Source of the DNA: an uncultured Nitrospira sp.
GTDB lineage: Bacteria; Nitrospirota; Thermodesulfovibrionia; Thermodesulfovibrionales; UBA6898
NCBI GenBank assembly: GCA_947085825.1
Contig: CAMTXX010000039.1
Location: 12,343-76,342, forward strand
Direction of reading: 5' to 3'
Length of the DNA stretch: 64,000 bases
Part shown: positions 43,210-52,931 of the stretch, piece after piece
Layout of the letters: each line of letters begins with the position of its first letter
Position numbering within the stretch: the first letter of the stretch is position 1
Translations under genes and position numbers: made by a program
Notes under the pieces: model-generated
Database searches by the model: none
Told to the model about the DNA's origin: nothing
Seen by the model: only the letters and a program-made list of their open reading frames with translations

Positions 43210-43736
43210 TATTCATTCAGCAGTGAATTTATAAAGTTTTTAGCTTCCGGAGAGTTCCATTCTGCCGGACCTAAAACACGCTTTCTCAATATTCCTTTTT
43301 TGTCAATTATATATGTCTCAGGGACGCCTGTTACCCCGAAATTCCTGGCAGCAATCTCACTGTCGTCTGAATAGACAGGGAATGTATAGCCATTCTGTTT
43401 CATGTAAGCTGTTCCATTCTTATAGGGGTCTTTATAAAGAATTGTGATCATCTGAAATTGATCGTTTTGCGACATATCTTTAAAAAGAGCTTCTATCGAA
43501 GGCATTTCCTCTCTGCATGGTGGACACCAGGACGCCCAGAAATTGACGAACAAAACTTTGTCTTTCAGGTCTCCGGTCGTAAGTTTAAGTCCGGTCATTT
43601 CGTCCGTGATTTCGATGGAAGGAGCAGGCAGGCCTTCGGCAATATCGTGTTTGGGTTTGCTGTTAAAGCAGGAGAAAAGCAGAAAAGAAGCAATTACGAT
43701 AAAGGTCAACAATAAGATTAATTTTTTACTATTCAT
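43209..43736 (-). CDS. TlpA/ResA-like thiol:disulfide oxidoreductase lipoprotein
   Basis: 175 aa. Lipobox LLFSC and thioredoxin motif FWASWCPPCREEMP. Confidence 0.85.
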   Translation of the reverse strand: MNSKKLILLLTFIVIASFLLFSCFNSKPKHDIAEGLPAPSIEITDEMTGLKLTTGDLKDKVLFVNFWASWCPPCREEMPSIEALFKDMSQNDQFQMITILYKDPYKNGTAYMKQNGYTFPVYSDDSEIAARNFGVTGVPETYIIDKKGILRKRVLGPAEWNSPEAKNFINSLLNE

Positions 43737-43762
43737 AATAGATTCTAATCCTTTTTAGTTCG

Positions 43763-46204
43763 TTAGTTTATTCCGGAGAGAACTTCAATTTCTTCAGAGG
43801 TTACAAAAACAGGCGTTCCCGCTTCCAGGACGACCTTGATTTTATAAATACCCTTGAAATTTCCCTTTAAAAGCTTTTCGGAGAGAGGATCCTCTATAAC
43901 TTTCTCAATGGCCCTTCGCATAGGCCTGGCGCCATAAGCAGGCTTATAAAACCGGTCCAGTATCCATTCTTTTACTTCCCTGGAAACTTCAATAAACAGA
44001 TCCTGCTCGAAAAGTTGTTTGTTTGTCTCATGGACGAGCAGGTCAATTATAGACAATAAATGTGTTTTTTCGAGCGGATGAAAAACTACTATTTCATCTA
44101 CACGGTTGAGGAATTCCGGATTAAAAGTTTTTCTCAATTCGTTAAGCACATTATCTTTCATGTTATCATAAACTTCACTCGTTTCATTTTTCTGAAAGCC
44201 CAGAGGTGTTGCTTTTTCTATTATCCTTGCGCCTATATTGGAAGTCATAATAATTACCGCATTTCTGAAATCGACTCTCCTGCCACAATTGTCGGTAAGA
44301 ACACCTTCATCGAGAACTTGCAGCAGTATATTGAATATATCCGGATGGGCCTTTTCTATCTCATCAAAAAGTATTACGGAATACGGTTTCTTCCTTACTT
44401 TTTCCGTAAGCATTCCGCCTTCTTCATATCCCACATAACCTGGAGGAGCCCCTGTTAATTTTGACACATTAAATCTTTCCATATATTCGGACATATCAAT
44501 TTTGATTATAGCGTTTTCGTCGTTAAAAAGGAACTCGGCAAGCGCCTTGGCGAGTTCTGTTTTCCCAACTCCTGTAGGGCCAAGGAAGAAGAATGAACCT
44601 ATCGGCTTTTTAGCGTTTTTCAGGCCGGCCCTTGAGCGTCTTATTGCCCTGGAAACTGCTCTGACAGCCTCATCCTGAGCAATAATTCGTTGCTGGAGCT
44701 CCTCTTCCATCCTGATCAGTTTTTCTGATTCCTTTTCTTCTATCTTGACAATGGGAATGCCGGTCATTTTTGATACAGTATATGCGACGTCCTCTTCCTT
44801 CATAACAGGTATTTCATTGTTCAGATTTTCTTTCCATTGATTTTGGGCCAGTTCAAATAATTTTCTGGTTTTTTCCTCCTCTGATCTTAAGGAAGAGGCT
44901 TTTTCAAGGTCGTGCAGTTTGATGTATAAATTTTTTTCTTTAGAAAGTTTGTGCATCTTAAATTCGAGTTCTCTTAATTCTGTTGATGGAGTCAATCTTT
45001 TTAATTTTATCCTTGACCCTGTTTCATCAATAACATCTATGGCTTTATCAGGGAGAAACCTGTCAGGCATATACCTGTCAGAAAGCTTGGCAGATGCAGC
45101 CAGAGCCTCATTGTTAATCTTGACTTTATGATGTGCTTCGTAACGATGTTTCAAGCCGGATAAAATTTCAATAGAAGTGTTGACATCCGGCGGCTGTACA
45201 AAAATCGGCTGGAATCTTCTTTCAAGCGCCTTGTCTTTACGTATATATTTCCTGAATTCATCCGGTGTGGTAGCTCCTATACACTGTATTTCTCCACGCG
45301 AAAGCGCGGGTTTAAGCATGCTTGAAGCATCAATAGAGCCCTCGGCAGCGCCTGCGCCTATCAGTGTATGAAGTTCATCTATGAACAGGATTATATTGTC
45401 AGCCTGGGCAATCTCCTTCATGACTATTTTCAATCTTTCCTCAAACTGTCCGCGATATTTTGTTCCGGCAATTAAAGCCCCGAGATCTAAAGAGATAATT
45501 TTCTTGCCTATTAGGATTTCCGGTATATCACCGGATACTATTTTTTGGCAGAGACCTTCAACAATGGCTGTTTTCCCAACTCCGGGTTCACCGATTATCA
45601 CCGGGTTATTCTTGATCCTTCTGCCCAATATCTGCAAGACTCTTTCTATTTCATCTTCTCTTCCTATCACAGGGTCAAGGCGGTTTTCTTTGGCCATTAA
45701 GGTCAGGTCACGACCAAATTCATCGAGGGCAGGTGTAGCGCTCCGTTTTTCGCGGGTATGGACAAATGATTTCATAGAAAGGTTAATTGTAAGCTGTCTT
45801 GCGCCCAGAAGGTTTGCTCCAAGGGTGCGTAATATTTTCCCGGCTATTCCTTCGTCCTCACGTATTAATCCCAGGAGCAGGTGTTCACTGGCTATATAAT
45901 TATGGCCCAATAGTCTGGCTTCTTCTACTGCTGTTTCAAGTACTTTTTTTGCCCTTGGAGTAAAAGGGATGTCTCCAAAAGTTAATAAATTCATGCCGGC
46001 AGGCAGATTTCTCTCAATTTCCATGCGAAGTTCTTCGATGGTCAATCCCATTTTCTTTAATATTGCTACAGGAATGCCGTCTTCTTCCCGGAGAATAGCG
46101 AGCAAAAGATGTTCGGTGCCAAGGTAATCATTCTGGCGTTTTTCAGCTTCTTCCTTTGCGAATATTATTACTTTCCTGCCTCTTTCAGTGAATTTCTCAA
46201 ACAT
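43763..46204 (-). CDS. clpC: ATP-dependent Clp protease ATP-binding subunit ClpC/ClpA-like
   Basis: 813 aa. Clp_N repeats ([10 protein letters not shown] / [10 protein letters not shown]) and two AAA+ modules ([16 protein letters not shown]). Confidence 0.93.
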   Translation of the reverse strand: MFEKFTERGRKVIIFAKEEAEKRQNDYLGTEHLLLAILREEDGIPVAILKKMGLTIEELRMEIERNLPAGMNLLTFGDIPFTPRAKKVLETAVEEARLLGHNYIASEHLLLGLIREDEGIAGKILRTLGANLLGARQLTINLSMKSFVHTREKRSATPALDEFGRDLTLMAKENRLDPVIGREDEIERVLQILGRRIKNNPVIIGEPGVGKTAIVEGLCQKIVSGDIPEILIGKKIISLDLGALIAGTKYRGQFEERLKIVMKEIAQADNIILFIDELHTLIGAGAAEGSIDASSMLKPALSRGEIQCIGATTPDEFRKYIRKDKALERRFQPIFVQPPDVNTSIEILSGLKHRYEAHHKVKINNEALAASAKLSDRYMPDRFLPDKAIDVIDETGSRIKLKRLTPSTELRELEFKMHKLSKEKNLYIKLHDLEKASSLRSEEEKTRKLFELAQNQWKENLNNEIPVMKEEDVAYTVSKMTGIPIVKIEEKESEKLIRMEEELQQRIIAQDEAVRAVSRAIRRSRAGLKNAKKPIGSFFFLGPTGVGKTELAKALAEFLFNDENAIIKIDMSEYMERFNVSKLTGAPPGYVGYEEGGMLTEKVRKKPYSVILFDEIEKAHPDIFNILLQVLDEGVLTDNCGRRVDFRNAVIIMTSNIGARIIEKATPLGFQKNETSEVYDNMKDNVLNELRKTFNPEFLNRVDEIVVFHPLEKTHLLSIIDLLVHETNKQLFEQDLFIEVSREVKEWILDRFYKPAYGARPMRRAIEKVIEDPLSEKLLKGNFKGIYKIKVVLEAGTPVFVTSEEIEVLSGIN

Positions 46205-46384
46205 CTTTAACTCCTTATAAGAATTATATAATCCTTGGTAAATATTACTTTTTTTTGAAGATGAATGTCAACAAAGTGAGCTTTCACAAAGACGTAAAAG
46301 AGAGTAATTTTAAAGAAAAGTTACCGTGTTCTTCTGTTAAAAAAAGGTAATAGTTCAGCCGTATGGGCATAAGAAAAGATAAAC

Positions 46385-46495
46385 GTTCACCGCAGAGACG
46401 CAAAGTTCGCTGAGGTTAAGTAAATTTTGTTTTCCGGTGAGAGGCCGGAAAACAAAAAAAATCATCTCTGCGTCCTCTGTGTCTCTGCGGTGAAC
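46385..46495. repeat. 111-bp palindromic intergenic element (CACAGAG/CTCTGTG family)
   Basis: Perfect 15-bp terminal inverted repeat GTTCACCGCAGAGAC (46385-46399) / GTCTCTGCGGTGAAC (46481-46495). Inner 9-bp hairpin GTTTTCCGG...CCGGAAAAC (46429-46453). The right arm is built of CTCTGCGTC, CTCTGTGT and CTCTGCGG units. Confidence 0.65.
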
Positions 46496-46509
46496 TATTA
46501 CAAAAAAAG

Positions 46510-46923
46510 TTAGTATATTGCAAGTGCGGAAAAGAAAAAGGGTATTTCATAAGAGGCCGAAGCTGGTGAGTCAGAGCCATGCACGATATTATGTTCTATG
46601 TCCGAGGCAAAAGCTGCCCGGATTGTCCCTGGCAATGCATCTTTGGGGTTAGTAGCGCCCATGATTTCTCTTACTCTTGAAATAGCGTTTTCACCTTCAA
46701 GTACCATAACAACAATTGGACCTTCGGACATAAAGTCAGTCAGGCTTCCGTAGAAAGGTCTTTCCTTGTGCACAATATAAAAATTTTGTGCGTCCTGCTT
46801 TGTCAACTTGATTTTCTTAAGAGCAGCGATCCTAAGTCCTTTTTCTTCAAATCGCTTCAATACTTCACCAATAATATTTTTTTTGACCCCATCGGGTTTT
46901 ATGATCGATAATGTCCTCTCCAT
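46510..46923 (-). CDS. ndk: Nucleoside-diphosphate kinase
   Basis: [12 protein letters not shown] start at 46923, 6 nt after [13 protein letters not shown] active site. The track ORF adds 12 residues that overlap mdh. Confidence 0.95.
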   Translation of the reverse strand: MERTLSIIKPDGVKKNIIGEVLKRFEEKGLRIAALKKIKLTKQDAQNFYIVHKERPFYGSLTDFMSEGPIVVMVLEGENAISRVREIMGATNPKDALPGTIRAAFASDIEHNIVHGSDSPASASYEIPFFFSALAIY

Positions 46924-46936
46924 TTTTTCCTCCATT

Positions 46937-47866
46937 TTACAGGTCACCGATTTTTTCAATTAATATTTTTACTGCTGATGCAGATTTGTGGAGCAGCGTT
47001 TTTTCTGCATCGGCAAGGTCAAACTCCAGTATTTTTTCAATGCCGTTTTTCCCAAGGACAACAGGGACACCGACAAAAAGATTATTGACGCCAAATTCAC
47101 CGTTAAGATAAGCAGAACAAGGCAGAGTACGCTTTTCATCGAGGATTATTGATTTTGCCATCTGAACTGAAGCAGCAGCAGGTGCGTAATACGCGCTGCC
47201 GGTCTTTAACAGACTGACTATTTCAGCTCCTCCATTTCTGGTCCTGTGCATGATCTCATCTATCTTGTCTTTATCCATTAATTCCGTTATAGGTATCCCC
47301 TTGACAGTTGTGAATCCCGGCAACGGGACCATCTGATCTCCGTGTCCGCCCAGGACTATTGCTTCTACGTCCTCCGGCGATACCCCCAGTTCCATTGAAA
47401 TAAAAGTCCTTAAGCGTGAAGAATCCAATACACCACCCATACCAATTACTTTTCTGGGCGAGAATCCTGAAGTTTTTAATGCTATTTGGGACATTACGTC
47501 CATCGGATTAGTTACGACTATGATTACGCTCTCAGGAGACAGCCTTGAGGTTTCCAATGTAACTTTTTTTACGACATCTGCGTTTGCATGCAAGAGATCA
47601 TCCCTGCTCATTCCAGGTTTTCTTGGAAAACCGGCTGTTATAACTAGGATATCCGAATGAGCGGTATCTGCATATGTATTGGTTCCTGTAACTGTCACGG
47701 AAGAATTCCATAACGGACAGGCCTCTGCGATATCAAGCGCTTTTCCTTGAGGCATTCCCTCTGCAATATCAAACAGAACAACATCTGCAAATCCTGCGTA
47801 TGCTATGAGCTGAGCTGTTGTTGCCCCGACATTTCCTGCGCCTATTATTGATACCTTTGCTTTCAT
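46937..47866 (-). CDS. mdh: Malate dehydrogenase (LDH-like family)
   Basis: 309 aa. [24 protein letters not shown] and VLGGHGD motifs. Confidence 0.93.
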   Translation of the reverse strand: MKAKVSIIGAGNVGATTAQLIAYAGFADVVLFDIAEGMPQGKALDIAEACPLWNSSVTVTGTNTYADTAHSDILVITAGFPRKPGMSRDDLLHANADVVKKVTLETSRLSPESVIIVVTNPMDVMSQIALKTSGFSPRKVIGMGGVLDSSRLRTFISMELGVSPEDVEAIVLGGHGDQMVPLPGFTTVKGIPITELMDKDKIDEIMHRTRNGGAEIVSLLKTGSAYYAPAAASVQMAKSIILDEKRTLPCSAYLNGEFGVNNLFVGVPVVLGKNGIEKILEFDLADAEKTLLHKSASAVKILIEKIGDL

Positions 47867-48006
47867 AAGTCTGGTATTATATACAACAAGAAAAAGAATG
47901 GCAAGAGTTGTGAGTAAAAGGAAATGAATTTAAATGACCTTGACATACAAATAATCTTTAATATATAAATTTGGGTAGCTACCAGCAAAAAGAAAGGGAA
48001 TCTGAA

Positions 48007-49104
48007 ATGAAAGAAATACGCATTGCTGTTGCAGGACTTGGAAACTGCGCCAGCGCATTGATTCAGGGAATACATTATTACAAAAAAACCAGGAAAAATG
48101 ACGGCACTCCAGGGTTAATGCATTATAATCTTGGCGGTTATGTCCCCGGTAATATCAAAGTTGTAGCAGCCTTTGATATTGATAAGCGGAAGGTAGGAAA
48201 GTCTGTAAACGAGGCCATTTTCTCTAAACCGAATTGTACAAAAGTTTTCCACAAAATTAATTCCAAAAATCCTGTCAAGGTGCATATGGGCAATGTGCTG
48301 GACGGCTTTGCTGAACATATGCTTAATTACCCTGAGGAGAAGAGGTTTGTTATTTCCGGCAGTAAGCCGGCCAATATTGTAAAGATATTGCAAGAAACAA
48401 AGGCCGATATTTTGTTGAATTATCTTCCTGTCGGCTCGGAAAAGGCAACGGCCTTTTACGCTGAGGCCTGCTTGAAATCAGGAGTCAGTTTTATTAATTG
48501 TGTCCCGGTATTTATTGTTTCCAATAAAACATGGGCCAAGCGCTTTGAAGAACAGGGCATACCTGTTATCGGCGATGATATAAAGAGCCAGTTAGGCGCG
48601 ACGATCATCCATCGATCATTGGCAAAGCTTTTTGAGGACAGGGGGGTCAAGATTGACAAGACCTATCAGTTGAATGTAGGAGGTAACACGGATTTTTTGA
48701 ATATGCTCAATAGCACCAGACTGAAAATGAAAAAAATATCAAAGACCGAAGCCGTTCAATCACAGATACAGGTGCCTCTTGCAGGTGAAAACATTCATAT
48801 AGGTCCTTCTGATTATATTCCATGGCTTAATGATAATAAGGTATGTTTTATACGAATGGAGGGAAGGGGGTTCGGCAGTGTCCCGCTTAATCTCGAAATA
48901 AGGCTGTCTGTTGAAGATTCTCCAAACAGCGCCGGTGTTGTTATTGATGCGATCAGGTGCTGCAAGATTGCCCGCGACAGGAAACTCGGTGGTCCGCTTA
49001 TATCACCTTCTGCATATTTCATGAAACATCCTCCGGAACAGTTCTCTGACGATGTTGCAAGGGACATGGTCGAAGATTTTATCAGCGGCAAAAGATTCGG
49101 GTAA
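48007..49104 (+). CDS. myo-Inositol-1-phosphate synthase
   Basis: MKEIRIAVAGLGNCASALIQGIHYY N-terminus and a short ~365-aa form, typical of archaeal/bacterial MIPS. The track ORF begins at a TTG 36 nt upstream. Confidence 0.88.
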   Translation: MKEIRIAVAGLGNCASALIQGIHYYKKTRKNDGTPGLMHYNLGGYVPGNIKVVAAFDIDKRKVGKSVNEAIFSKPNCTKVFHKINSKNPVKVHMGNVLDGFAEHMLNYPEEKRFVISGSKPANIVKILQETKADILLNYLPVGSEKATAFYAEACLKSGVSFINCVPVFIVSNKTWAKRFEEQGIPVIGDDIKSQLGATIIHRSLAKLFEDRGVKIDKTYQLNVGGNTDFLNMLNSTRLKMKKISKTEAVQSQIQVPLAGENIHIGPSDYIPWLNDNKVCFIRMEGRGFGSVPLNLEIRLSVEDSPNSAGVVIDAIRCCKIARDRKLGGPLISPSAYFMKHPPEQFSDDVARDMVEDFISGKRFG

Positions 49105-49120
49105 AGTTTGACAGGCGCTG

Positions 49121-49696
49121 ATGCTCAGCAAAAAATACGGACATGCACTTGATAAGCCCTTAGGGACAATTGCCCAAAAATTACCTTTTAATCCAAATTC
49201 TCTCACAATTACAGGGTTCATCATAACCCTATTTGCCTGCTACAGACTTTCTTCTGATCTTTTGACAGGCGGTATCTTAATACTTGTCGGCGCACTATTT
49301 GATATGCTGGATGGTATTGTTGCAAGGGCCAAGAACAAGACAACACTGTTTGGCGCATTTCTTGATTCTGTCCTTGATAGGTATTCCGATGCCTTTATCC
49401 TCCTTGCCATTGCGTATAATCAGTGGAATACTTCTAATATGACGGGTGTAATATTAAGCCTGGGGACGCTTATAGGCTCATTTATGATCAGCTATTCCAG
49501 AGCAAGGGCTGAAGGGCTTGGAGAAGAATGTAAAAACGGTGTTATGGAAAGGCCGGAAAGGCTGATTTTGATATCGCTTGGAGCAATTTCCGGTTTTATT
49601 GTCCCGGCTCTATGGATTCTTATCGTGCTGACAAACATTACTGTTATGCAGAGAATTTATTATGTATGGAATGCTACGAACAAGAGGATTAGATAA
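49121..49696 (+). CDS. CDP-alcohol phosphatidyltransferase (candidate phosphatidylinositol-phosphate synthase)
   Basis: 191 aa and polytopic. The signature is complete: D-MLDG-IVAR-x8-G-AFLD-SVLD (DxxDGxxARx8GxxxDxxxD). Confidence 0.85.
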   Translation: MLSKKYGHALDKPLGTIAQKLPFNPNSLTITGFIITLFACYRLSSDLLTGGILILVGALFDMLDGIVARAKNKTTLFGAFLDSVLDRYSDAFILLAIAYNQWNTSNMTGVILSLGTLIGSFMISYSRARAEGLGEECKNGVMERPERLILISLGAISGFIVPALWILIVLTNITVMQRIYYVWNATNKRIR

Positions 49697-49723
49697 TTCC
49701 TTGTTGAATAAAGATATTTCAAG

Positions 49724-49798
49724 TGGAGCGGGCGACGGGATTCGAACCCGCGACTTTCAGCTTGGGAAGCTAACACTCTACCACTGAGTTACGCCCGC
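49724..49798 (-). tRNA. tRNA-Gly (anticodon CCC)
   Basis: On the minus strand: GCGGGCGTAACTCAGTGGTAGAGT..., anticodon loop TTCCCAA, GGTTCGAATCC, acceptor stem GCGGGCG / CGCCCGC, and an encoded CCA. Confidence 0.9.
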
Positions 49799-49806
49799 AT
49801 CAATGT

Positions 49807-49836
49807 TTTATAAATCAGAATATCATGAAATGTCAA
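49807..49836 (-). promoter_or_regulatory. Candidate promoter of tRNA-Gly
   Basis: On the minus strand: TTGACA (49836-49831), an 18-nt spacer, then TATAAA (49812-49807). About 8 nt separate the -10 from the tRNA 5' end. Confidence 0.45.
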
Positions 49837-50286
49837 GCAAGAGTTACAACTCAGGGCAATTCAAGCTGAAAGAATTACTTTAAAATTATTTAAGATATTG
49901 AACACTTTTGATTCACTTAAGTCACAAAAAAAGATATTTCAACGTAGGATTAATAAGGATAATATTACTGTTTAACAATAAGTTACTGGCAAAACTTAAG
50001 AAAATAAATTAACTTTATAGAATAATCATGAAAAGTCTTTTAATAATTTACCTAAACTCAGATCGAGAAGTGTTTAAGCAAGACAAGGAGAAGCAGGCGA
50101 GCGGAATAATTCAATAGAACTATTTAACATAATATATCTTATCAGTCTAAATGTATAAACAGCAAATGTTGGCATGTTGTTGGTATCCACGTGGAAAAAG
50201 CGCTTCCTCTTAGTGTAGCATTGGGCTTAACAGCCCTGTCTATGTAGTAAGCAGTTGGAATTATTTACAATATCAAGAGGTTACGA

Positions 50287-51519
50287 TTATGGAATAATAA
50301 ACCCTTCGAGAAGATTATCAGAGGCTTTTAAAACCTTTACAAGCACCATGCTTCTTTTGCCGGCATTACCGGAGGGCATTGATACTTTAATATAGTTTCC
50401 TGAGGTTCCTATGGCATGTCCCTCATTGTTTATTTCTTCTATAACTACGTCTAAAACAGTATGTAACTGCCTTTGAAGATAACCGCGTTTATTTTTCGTG
50501 CTCAGTTCCAATAAAACATCGAGTCTCTCTTTGATGATATTGCTCTGTACCCTGTCCTTCATCCTGCCTGCTTCAGTATCAGGCCTTACAGAAAAAGGGA
50601 AAATGTGAAGATATGAAAAAAGATGGGAATTCAGAAAGTTATATGTGTCTGTAAATTCCTCATCTCCTTCCCCTGGAAATCCGGTAATAATATCTGAACC
50701 AACAGAGATATTTTCAACCTTCAAAAATATCTTATGAAGTTTTAAAGAAAATTCAGTTAAAGTATAATTCCGCCTCATTAATTTGAGAATTTTATCGCTG
50801 CCGCTCTGAAGAGGAATATGAAGGTGGCTGCAAAGCCTGATATCTTGTAAAAGCTCTATAAGTTCATCGTCTATTTCATTAATTTCAAGAGAACTCAATC
50901 TTATCCTTTTTATATTAGAAAATTTCAGGATATTTTTGATGAGATGATTTAAGGATGATTTATCTGTAAGGTCATGGCCATAACTTCCGAGATGAATTCC
51001 GGTCAAGACTACTTCGTTATACCCGGCAGCCTCGATAGTTTGCACACGATCAAGGACTTCATGCAACGGAACACTCTTTGACCTGCCTCTGGCCAGTGGT
51101 ACGGAACAATAAGAGCATCTGAAGTTGCAGCCGTCCTGAACCTTCAAGTGAGGCCTTGAACGGCTGAAATGAGAAAAAACAAGTCCGCTCTCTTTTCCTG
51201 TTATGATATCTGCTATTTTATGCTTTTGCGTATTATCAACAATCTCTATTGCACCAGGCATGCTCCTGACTTCATCTTTTTTCAAGTGGGAATAGCACCC
51301 GGTAACAATCACCTTTGCGCCTGTATTTGCTGCCTTTCTGATTAATTGCCTGGAAGTATAATCGCTTTTTGCTGTTACTGTGCAGGTGTTTACAATGCAA
51401 ATATCTGGAATTTCCTTTAAATCAACTATGGTTACGCCATTTACCTTAAGTGTTCCTTCAATTGCTGCGCTTTCGGATTGATTTACTCTGCACCCTAAGG
51501 TCAAGACAGCTACTTTCAT
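50287..51519 (-). CDS. mtaB: tRNA t6A37 methylthiotransferase MtaB
   Basis: 410 aa. MKVAVLTLGCRVNQSE, radical-SAM CNFRCSYC, and a TRAM-like C-terminus. Confidence 0.88.
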   Translation of the reverse strand: MKVAVLTLGCRVNQSESAAIEGTLKVNGVTIVDLKEIPDICIVNTCTVTAKSDYTSRQLIRKAANTGAKVIVTGCYSHLKKDEVRSMPGAIEIVDNTQKHKIADIITGKESGLVFSHFSRSRPHLKVQDGCNFRCSYCSVPLARGRSKSVPLHEVLDRVQTIEAAGYNEVVLTGIHLGSYGHDLTDKSSLNHLIKNILKFSNIKRIRLSSLEINEIDDELIELLQDIRLCSHLHIPLQSGSDKILKLMRRNYTLTEFSLKLHKIFLKVENISVGSDIITGFPGEGDEEFTDTYNFLNSHLFSYLHIFPFSVRPDTEAGRMKDRVQSNIIKERLDVLLELSTKNKRGYLQRQLHTVLDVVIEEINNEGHAIGTSGNYIKVSMPSGNAGKRSMVLVKVLKASDNLLEGFIIP

Positions 51520-52844
51520 TGATCTGAGGCTAACACAGTTTCCAGTGAGACATTTACTCCATGCAATGAATGATGACGCGCTTTCTGTATCCTGACAGAG
51601 ATAAGTGATCCTGATATTTCATAAGATTTCGGGATTGTTACAATCTTGTTTGTCCTTGTCCTTCCTGAAAGCATATGGGTATCAGTTTCTGAAGGCCCAT
51701 CAATAAGCACTTCCTGAACAGACCCTTCAAGTACTTTATTTTTCCTGTAGGTAATTTCTTCCTGAAGTGACAGAATGTAAGCAAGCCGTTCAGATTTTAT
51801 CTGTTCCGGAACTTGTCCTGACATTTCACAGGCTTTTGTCCCTTTTCTTTTTGAATATTTAAAAGCAAAAATCCCATCAAATTCTATTTCCTGCAAGGCC
51901 TTTACCGTACAAAGGTAATCTTCATCAGTCTCACCAGGGAAGCCTATGATGATATCTGTTGTTATCGCAATATCGGGCATTCTGTTTCTCAGGAGATCTA
52001 TTTTCCTAATGTATTCTTCGTATGTATATCCTCTGTTCATAGACCTTAAAATAGAGTCAGACCCTGACTGAATCGGCAGATGTATGTGTTCGCACAGGCT
52101 CTGCAGCTCTGATACCGCATTTATCAAACCAACAGAAAGATCTCTTGGATGGGACGTGACAAAACGCACTCTGTTTAAATGAACAGCATCAATTTGCCTT
52201 AATAACTCGACAAATCCGATATCGCTTCTGTAAGAATTCACATTCTGCCCTAATAGTGTAACTTCCTGATATCCCTGACGCGCAAGTTCTTTTATCTCGG
52301 ATATAATGCTGCTGCTGGGCCTTGATACCTCTTTGCCCCGTGTATAGGGGACGATGCAATAACTGCAAAAATTATTGCAGCCGTACATTATAGAGACCCA
52401 CGCCTTGATATTGCTTTGTCTTTTTGCAGAAAATTCATTGAATGCAATTTCATGATTTTCTTCGGTTGCGATATCCTGTTTTTTTACAAGCATATCATTG
52501 ACCATGTGGATGTTTTGAGGACCTAAAATATAATCTACAAACGGGGCTTTTTGAAATATTCTTTTTCCGGCATCCTGAGCAATGCATCCTGCCACCGCAA
52601 TTTTGAGGTCTTTATTTTTTTTCTTCAGAGTCTTTATTCTGCCCAACTGGCTGTAAAACTTTTGCTCTGCCTTTTCCCTGATCGCACAGGTATTGAATAT
52701 GATCAAATCTGCGTTTTCAGGATCTTCAGTCGATGAATAACCACTTTCAGAGAGTATGCCGAGCATCTTCTCTGAATCGTGCATGTTCATCTGACATCCG
52801 AACGTATAAATATATACATTTTTCGACATTTTTAAATCTAACAT
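51516..52844 (-). CDS. miaB: tRNA i6A37 methylthiotransferase MiaB
   Basis: 442 aa. YIYTFGCQMNMHDSE, CNNFCSYCIVPYTRG, and a TRAM domain. Confidence 0.92.
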   Translation of the reverse strand: MLDLKMSKNVYIYTFGCQMNMHDSEKMLGILSESGYSSTEDPENADLIIFNTCAIREKAEQKFYSQLGRIKTLKKKNKDLKIAVAGCIAQDAGKRIFQKAPFVDYILGPQNIHMVNDMLVKKQDIATEENHEIAFNEFSAKRQSNIKAWVSIMYGCNNFCSYCIVPYTRGKEVSRPSSSIISEIKELARQGYQEVTLLGQNVNSYRSDIGFVELLRQIDAVHLNRVRFVTSHPRDLSVGLINAVSELQSLCEHIHLPIQSGSDSILRSMNRGYTYEEYIRKIDLLRNRMPDIAITTDIIIGFPGETDEDYLCTVKALQEIEFDGIFAFKYSKRKGTKACEMSGQVPEQIKSERLAYILSLQEEITYRKNKVLEGSVQEVLIDGPSETDTHMLSGRTRTNKIVTIPKSYEISGSLISVRIQKARHHSLHGVNVSLETVLASDQ

Positions 52845-52931
52845 TAATAGGTGTTTTTCATCAAATTTTAATTAAAAACAATACGTTCAACTTGATTTCT
52901 TGCAATAACATTCATACATAATTTAATATTA

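Noticed and set aside
46429-46453. The GTTTTCCGG/CCGGAAAAC hairpin as the ndk terminator.
   Set aside because: On both strands the T run precedes the stem rather than following it. The hairpin is also embedded in a larger palindromic repeat.
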